Assembly (NCBI GenBank): GCA_038078255.1
Contig: JBBUEH010000002.1
Location: 7,534 to 71,533, forward strand
Direction: 5' to 3'
Origin: Patescibacteria group bacterium
GTDB lineage: Bacteria; Patescibacteriota; Minisyncoccia; Phycocordibacterales; UBA9973
Length of the DNA: 64,000 bases
Shown here: in pieces, positions 59,382 to 64,000 of the stretch
How positions within the stretch are numbered: the stretch's first letter is position 1
Layout: the number at the start of each line of letters is the position of its first letter
Position numbers and translations under genes: made by a program
The notes under the pieces: generated by a model
The model's input: only the letters and a program-made list of their open reading frames with translations
Told to the model about the DNA's origin: nothing
Databases searched by the model: none

Positions 59382-59723
59382 ATGAAAGATTTATCTCCAA
59401 TTATTTTAAGAATAGGAATCGGATTAGTAATAATCTGGTTTGGTTTACAACAAATTAATACTCCCCTTGCTTGGGTTGTATATCTACCAACTTTTACAGA
59501 GAACCTGCCAATCAGTCAGACAACTTTTGTTTCCTTGAATGGATATTTCGAATTAATCTTCGGGATTTTGCTCGTAGCGGGATTTTTTACTAGAATTGTT
59601 GCTTTTTTCTTGGCATTACATCTCTTAGGAATAGTTTTGACTGTGGGGTATAACGAAATAGGTGTTCGGGATTTCGGTATTTTTATTGCCCTAGTCTCAA
59701 TTTTCTTATATGAAATGGAGTGA
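59382..59723 (+). CDS. DoxX-family small membrane protein
   Basis: RIGIGLVIIWFGLQQ and three or four transmembrane helices. Confidence 0.45.
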   Translation: MKDLSPIILRIGIGLVIIWFGLQQINTPLAWVVYLPTFTENLPISQTTFVSLNGYFELIFGILLVAGFFTRIVAFFLALHLLGIVLTVGYNEIGVRDFGIFIALVSIFLYEME

Positions 59724-61986
59724 CAAATTAGAATTAAAATTCCGCTTAGATGAAAAACAAAAAAAAGCTTTGCGTAAGCTGAAACTTTTCTCGGTGGCTG
59801 ATCTCTTATACCACTTCCCTGTCAGATATAGCGACATAAGTACAGTGAAAAAAATTAGCGAACTAATTCCCGGTGAAATTGCCACGATCTATGGAAAAGT
59901 TTCAAATTTAAAAACTAAAAAAGGTTTCCACTCCAAGATTCCCATGGCAGAAGGCACGATTGAAGATATCTCTGGAAAAATAAAAATTATTTGGTTCAAC
60001 CAAGCGTATCTGGCAAAAATGCTTCATGAAGACGATAGCGTTAAACTCACGGGCAAGGTGACTCAAAGTAAAAGTCCTGCCCGCAATGCCTCCAGCATAG
60101 CTGGCGCAGGCGGGGGTATATACCTAGCCAATCCAGAATTTGAAAAAGTGCCAGATATGCCAATAGATGCGCATGATACTCTTTTTAGACCCCCTCGCCC
60201 TTTGGGCACTCCCCCTTCGCAGGGGGAGAGGATTCCTCCCCGCCTTAAGAAGGAGGGGGCAGGGGGTGGTCTCTCTTACCCCATCTATGCTGAGACCCGT
60301 GGAATAACTTCCAAGTGGTTTTATCATGCGATTGAAAAATTCTTGAGAGAAAAAACTCTCGATGGTGTTGCAGACTATCTTCCGAGTGATATTTTAAAAA
60401 AATATAATTTACCAGCCTTGAAAACTTCGTTCATCTGGATTCATAAACCGAAAAATAAAAACGATGCTGAATCTGCGAGGAAAAGATTTGCCTTTGAGGA
60501 AGTTTTTTGCATCCAACTCGAACGACAACATGACAAATTTGAATATAGGAAAAATAAATCTTTCCAAATTGTTTCGGAAAAAGAAAATGTTGAGAAGTTT
60601 TTAAAACGCTTTCCTTTTGAACCCACAAATTCTCAAAAAAAATCCATTGAAACAGTACTGGAAGATATGTCAAAAGATTTTCCAATGTCCCGTCTGCTTG
60701 AAGGAGATGTAGGGTCTGGGAAAACTGCCGTAGCGGCAACGGCAAGCTATATAACAGTGGCGCAAAGACCCTTCGACCACACTCAGGGCAAGCCACAAAA
60801 TTTCGGTAATCTGCAGGTTGCCTACATGGCACCGACAGAAATACTAGCCACCCAACACTTCGAATCATTCATTGAATATTTCCAACATCTGCCAATCAAT
60901 ATCGGACTGATTACTGGATCCGGTTGTCGTAAATTTCCTTCCAAAGTAAATCCGAGTGGCTGGACCACCATCTCTCGAGCACAACTATTGAAGTGGGTAG
61001 CCAATGGAGAAATACCAATTCTAATCGGCACCCATGCCCTCATTCAAAAAACAGTTAAATTTAAAAACTTGGCGCTCGTGGTAATAGATGAACAGCATAG
61101 ATTTGGCACGGAACAAAGAAGGAGATTAGTTAAAAAAGATGGACTGGCACCACACCTCCTCTCCATGACTGCCACTCCCATCCCTCGCACCCTGGCGTTC
61201 ACTATTTATGGCGATCTCGATCTCTCCCTCCTCGATGAAATGCCTCTGGGACGAAAACAAATAATTACAGAAATTATTCCGCCCAATAAAAGAGAAGAAA
61301 CTTACGAACAAATCAAGCAGGAATTAAAAAACGGCAGACAACTTTATGTAATTTGTCCGAGGATATTTGCACCTGACCCTGAAAAAGAATTAGCGCTGAA
61401 TGTAAAGTCTGCCACAGAAGAAGCTAAGCGATTAAAAAAAGAAGTTTTTCAAAAATATGAAATAGGCGTCTTGCACAGCCAGATGAGTAAAATTAAAAAA
61501 GAAGAAATAATGAAGGAATTTGCGAATGGCAAATTGAATATTCTCTGCGCCACCTCGGTAGTAGAAGTGGGTGTCAATGTGCCGAATGCTACAGTGATTG
61601 TTATTGAGGGCGCTGAACGGTTTGGTCTAGCCCAACTTCATCAACTTCGTGGACGAGTCATCCGAAGTAACCATCAAGCGTATTGCTACATTTTTGCCGA
61701 TGCTAAAAGTGACAAGACAATTGCCAGATTAAAAGCTCTCAAAACTGCCAAGAATGGCTTTGAATTAGCTGAACTTGACTTGACCCTCCGGGGCGCAGGC
61801 GAACTCGGCGGGACCAAACAGTGGGGCATCACCGACCTCGGCATGGAAGCGATTAAAAATATAAAAATGGTAGAAGCCGCCCGCACTGAAGCTATAAGAA
61901 TAATAGCCGAAGACCCTGAACTAAATAAATACCCTCTGCTTAAACAAAAAGTTCATGAAAAAGCTGGAGAATTCCATTTTGAGTAA
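59710..61986 (+). CDS. recG: ATP-dependent DNA helicase RecG with two in-frame palindromic-element insertions in the N-terminal domain
   Basis: RecG N-terminus (LGI.TV.DLLYHFPVRY), helicase motifs I to VI and C-terminal TRG motif. Insertions at 60076-60114 and 60189-60270. Confidence 0.9.
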   Translation: MKWSDKLELKFRLDEKQKKALRKLKLFSVADLLYHFPVRYSDISTVKKISELIPGEIATIYGKVSNLKTKKGFHSKIPMAEGTIEDISGKIKIIWFNQAYLAKMLHEDDSVKLTGKVTQSKSPARNASSIAGAGGGIYLANPEFEKVPDMPIDAHDTLFRPPRPLGTPPSQGERIPPRLKKEGAGGGLSYPIYAETRGITSKWFYHAIEKFLREKTLDGVADYLPSDILKKYNLPALKTSFIWIHKPKNKNDAESARKRFAFEEVFCIQLERQHDKFEYRKNKSFQIVSEKENVEKFLKRFPFEPTNSQKKSIETVLEDMSKDFPMSRLLEGDVGSGKTAVAATASYITVAQRPFDHTQGKPQNFGNLQVAYMAPTEILATQHFESFIEYFQHLPINIGLITGSGCRKFPSKVNPSGWTTISRAQLLKWVANGEIPILIGTHALIQKTVKFKNLALVVIDEQHRFGTEQRRRLVKKDGLAPHLLSMTATPIPRTLAFTIYGDLDLSLLDEMPLGRKQIITEIIPPNKREETYEQIKQELKNGRQLYVICPRIFAPDPEKELALNVKSATEEAKRLKKEVFQKYEIGVLHSQMSKIKKEEIMKEFANGKLNILCATSVVEVGVNVPNATVIVIEGAERFGLAQLHQLRGRVIRSNHQAYCYIFADAKSDKTIARLKALKTAKNGFELAELDLTLRGAGELGGTKQWGITDLGMEAIKNIKMVEAARTEAIRIIAEDPELNKYPLLKQKVHEKAGEFHFE
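60076..60114 (+). repeat. family-2 element in frame in recG (encodes SPARNASSIAGAGGG)
   Basis: CCTGCCCGCAATGCCTCCAGCATAGCTGGCGCAGGCGGG, near-identical termini to 48197-48268. Confidence 0.65.
60189..60270 (+). repeat. family-1 element in frame in recG (encodes PPRPLGTPPSQGERIPPRLKKEGAGGG)
   Basis: GGCACTCCCCCTTCGCAGGGGGAGAGG (B module) followed by AAGGAGGGGGCAGGGGGTGGT (A module 3' half). Hairpins CCCCCT-TCGC-AGGGGG. Confidence 0.65.
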
Positions 61987-63230
61987 AGAAGAATATTTTC
62001 AATTTCCATCAATCTGTCATACTTGCAAACTCTCTCTCCTCTTTCAAGCGAACCAGATTTAAAATACTCACAAGAAAGACCAACAGCAAGATCTGCGATA
62101 AAAGTATCTGTGGTTTCGCCAGAGCGATGAGAAACAAACGGCACCCAACCTTGTTTTTTTGTAAGTTGAATAGATTCTATCGTTTCAGAGAGAGTGCCGA
62201 TTTGATTCAGCTTTATAAGAACAGAGTTTATGGCTTTTTTCTCAATGGCGATTTGTATTCTTTTTACATTTGTAACAGTCAAATCATCACCTACAATTTT
62301 TATTTTATCACCAAGTTTTTTAGTCATTTCTGTAAATCCTTCCCAGTCATCTTCTGCCAATCCGTCCTCAATAAAAATTATTGGATGCTTTTTTGCTAAT
62401 TCTATATACCAATCAATCATCTCTCCGCTTGTTTTATTTTCTTTTTTCCCAGAAATTTTTAGATGATACATACCATCCTTGTAAAAAGTAGAAGCGGCAG
62501 CGTCTATGCCAATTTTTATTTCATCGAAAGAATGTCCAGCATCAAGAATTGCCTGCTCGATAAGTTCAAAGACTTCTTCGTTCGATGTAAGTTTGGGCGC
62601 AAATCCTCCCTCGTCTCCGACACTTATGGTATAGTTTTTTGCTTGTAATATTTTTTTGAGAGATGAAATAACTTCAGCTCCAGCTTGAATCTTTTTATGA
62701 AATGAATCGAATCCAATAGGAGCAAGCATAAACTCTTGAAAATCAAGCCCACTGTCAGAATGTTTACCCCCATTGATAACATTTAGCATCGGTTGTGGTA
62801 ACTTAAATTTTTTATTTTCAACGAGATTTCCTAAATATTCATATAACTCGATTTTTTGTTCTTTGGCGCAAGCGCGAGCAAAAGCTAAAGACACGCCAAG
62901 TATGGCGTTTGCGCCTAGTCGTGATTTATTTACTGTTCCATCCAGTTTTATCAGGGCTTGATCGAGCGTTGCTTGATTAAAATCTTTATTTTTAACAAAT
63001 TGGTAAATTTCAGAATTTACATTATGAACTGCCTTCAGCACTCCGAGGCCTTGATATCTCTCGTTGTCATCGTCACGTAATTCCAGAGCTTCATGTGTGC
63101 CTGTACTCTTACCGGATGGAATAGAAACTTCACCTAGTGAGCCATTTTCGAGCTTGCAAGAAACTTCAATAGTTGGGTTTCCTCGCGAATCAAGAATTTC
63201 CGTTGCTTTAAGTAATTTTATTTTTGCCAT
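61953..63230 (-). CDS. eno: enolase
   Basis: MAKIKLLKATEILDSRGNPTIEVSCKLENGSLGE...; trimmed to Met at 63230. Confidence 0.9.
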   Translation of the reverse strand: MAKIKLLKATEILDSRGNPTIEVSCKLENGSLGEVSIPSGKSTGTHEALELRDDDNERYQGLGVLKAVHNVNSEIYQFVKNKDFNQATLDQALIKLDGTVNKSRLGANAILGVSLAFARACAKEQKIELYEYLGNLVENKKFKLPQPMLNVINGGKHSDSGLDFQEFMLAPIGFDSFHKKIQAGAEVISSLKKILQAKNYTISVGDEGGFAPKLTSNEEVFELIEQAILDAGHSFDEIKIGIDAAASTFYKDGMYHLKISGKKENKTSGEMIDWYIELAKKHPIIFIEDGLAEDDWEGFTEMTKKLGDKIKIVGDDLTVTNVKRIQIAIEKKAINSVLIKLNQIGTLSETIESIQLTKKQGWVPFVSHRSGETTDTFIADLAVGLSCEYFKSGSLERGERVCKYDRLMEIENILLYSKWNSPAFS

Positions 63231-63231
63231 T

Positions 63232-63981
63232 TTACAAAGGATTAAGGTGCGCTTTTTTATCCATATGCTTTTCTGCTTCAATTACAATTCTCTCCATCAT
63301 TGCCACAGCATCAACCGGATACTTACCTTTAGCTGTTTCTTCAGAAAGCATAACTGCATCAGAACCTTGAAGAATAGCATTGGCCACATCTGTTACTTCC
63401 GCTCTAGTTGGTATCTTATTTTCAACCATTGAAAGAAGCATCTGCGTTGCAACTATTACGGACTTGCCAAGACTTTTGGATATTTTGATTATTTTATCTT
63501 GAATAAATGGTATTTTTTCAATAGCAACATCATTGCCTAAATCCCCTCGTGCAATCATGACGGCATCTGCCTTTTCGACAATTTGATGAATAAATTCCAA
63601 AGCTACCGCTCGTTCTATTTTCGCAATTATTTTCTGTTTTCCGCCAAAATCATTTATGACTTTTCGGCATTTTTCTATATCTTCCGGCCCGGCGACAAAA
63701 GAAACCGCGACATAATCAATATTGTTTTCTACCGCAAACTTTATAAATTCCTCATCGTGCTCGGTAATTGAAGAGATAGCTCGATTGTCATAAGTATGAC
63801 CATCGTCCTTTTTGATGCGCGGTCCGGGCAAATCCACAATAATCGGAATTTTTTTATTGAATTCTTTTTCGAGATCTCGAATTAGGATTATTTGCGCTAT
63901 GCGTGTATTTATATCACTCCATGAAAAATTCAACCTGACAACATCAAGTTGATGCAAAACCATGGCTCTAAGCGTTTCCAT
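63232..63981 (-). CDS. pyk: pyruvate kinase (C-terminal part; N-terminus lies beyond the window end)
   Basis: VVRLNFSWSD..., K+/Mg site motifs and MIARGDLG. The track Met at 63981 is internal, so the gene continues past 64000. Confidence 0.8.
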   Translation of the reverse strand: METLRAMVLHQLDVVRLNFSWSDINTRIAQIILIRDLEKEFNKKIPIIVDLPGPRIKKDDGHTYDNRAISSITEHDEEFIKFAVENNIDYVAVSFVAGPEDIEKCRKVINDFGGKQKIIAKIERAVALEFIHQIVEKADAVMIARGDLGNDVAIEKIPFIQDKIIKISKSLGKSVIVATQMLLSMVENKIPTRAEVTDVANAILQGSDAVMLSEETAKGKYPVDAVAMMERIVIEAEKHMDKKAHLNPL

Positions 63982-64000
63982 TTTTGAAGAAGCCGGACCT

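Overview
The window is AT-rich, gene-dense and almost entirely housekeeping. It looks like a reduced-genome bacterium, probably a Candidate Phyla Radiation (CPR) or Patescibacteria-like organism. That placement is an inference from the minimal aaRS, SMC and PheT forms, the domain fusions and a type IV pilus/competence cluster.

Recognisable backbone genes: GT2 glycosyltransferase, DUF378, a DsbA-like protein, rpoD, dnaG, rpoC, rpoB, trmD, a NYN-domain protein, a KH protein, rpsP, rnr, a DD-carboxypeptidase::CapA fusion, smc-like, rnc, a NusB::Nudix fusion, rpmF, a truncated thrS, gyrB, pheT, pheS, a UvrD-like helicase-nuclease, ligA, the pilus and competence genes (minor pilins, pilD, pilins, pilC, pilT, a REC domain, pilB, pilP/O/N-like, pilM, comF), two ATP-grasp ligases, recG, eno and the start of pyk. 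There are three class-II tRNAs: Ser-GGA, Ser-GCU and one with an odd anticodon loop.

The accessory and unusual content is as follows.
1. rpoB and rpoC are separated by two inserted genes, and rpoC is flanked on both sides by paralogous MazF/EndoA-like endoribonuclease genes. Neither has a recognisable antitoxin. Each is followed by a conserved GC hairpin and sits next to a secreted protein ending in ...LSTFKFTK.
2. Two families of GC-rich palindromic mini-elements are inserted in frame into essential genes (rnr, pheT, ligA, recG) and into two prepilin leader peptides. One leader copy has a 9-bp direct-repeat footprint. Further copies are intergenic. This resembles the in-frame Rickettsia palindromic elements (RPE).
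3. A decayed integrated island sits at the 3' end of trmD, marked by a diverged duplicate of the trmD 3' end. It carries a transposase HTH remnant, a Phd/YefM-MazF toxin-antitoxin pair, a Tat-signal HExxH protein and a hypothetical protein.
4. An IS200/IS605-family Y1 transposase (RAYT-like) is bracketed by mutually inverted REP-like hairpins, next to a rearranged, truncated DsbA gene.
5. A wHTH::Cas2/VapD-like gene is flanked by two 34-nt palindromic direct repeats between thrS and gyrB.
6. Smaller oddities: a structured GC-rich region downstream of the rpsP-KH operon, a tandem hairpin repeat inside the LigA zinc finger, pheT split at an A-run, and an SMC-position protein with a Rad50-like CPLCG hook.

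No CRISPR array and no rRNA were seen.
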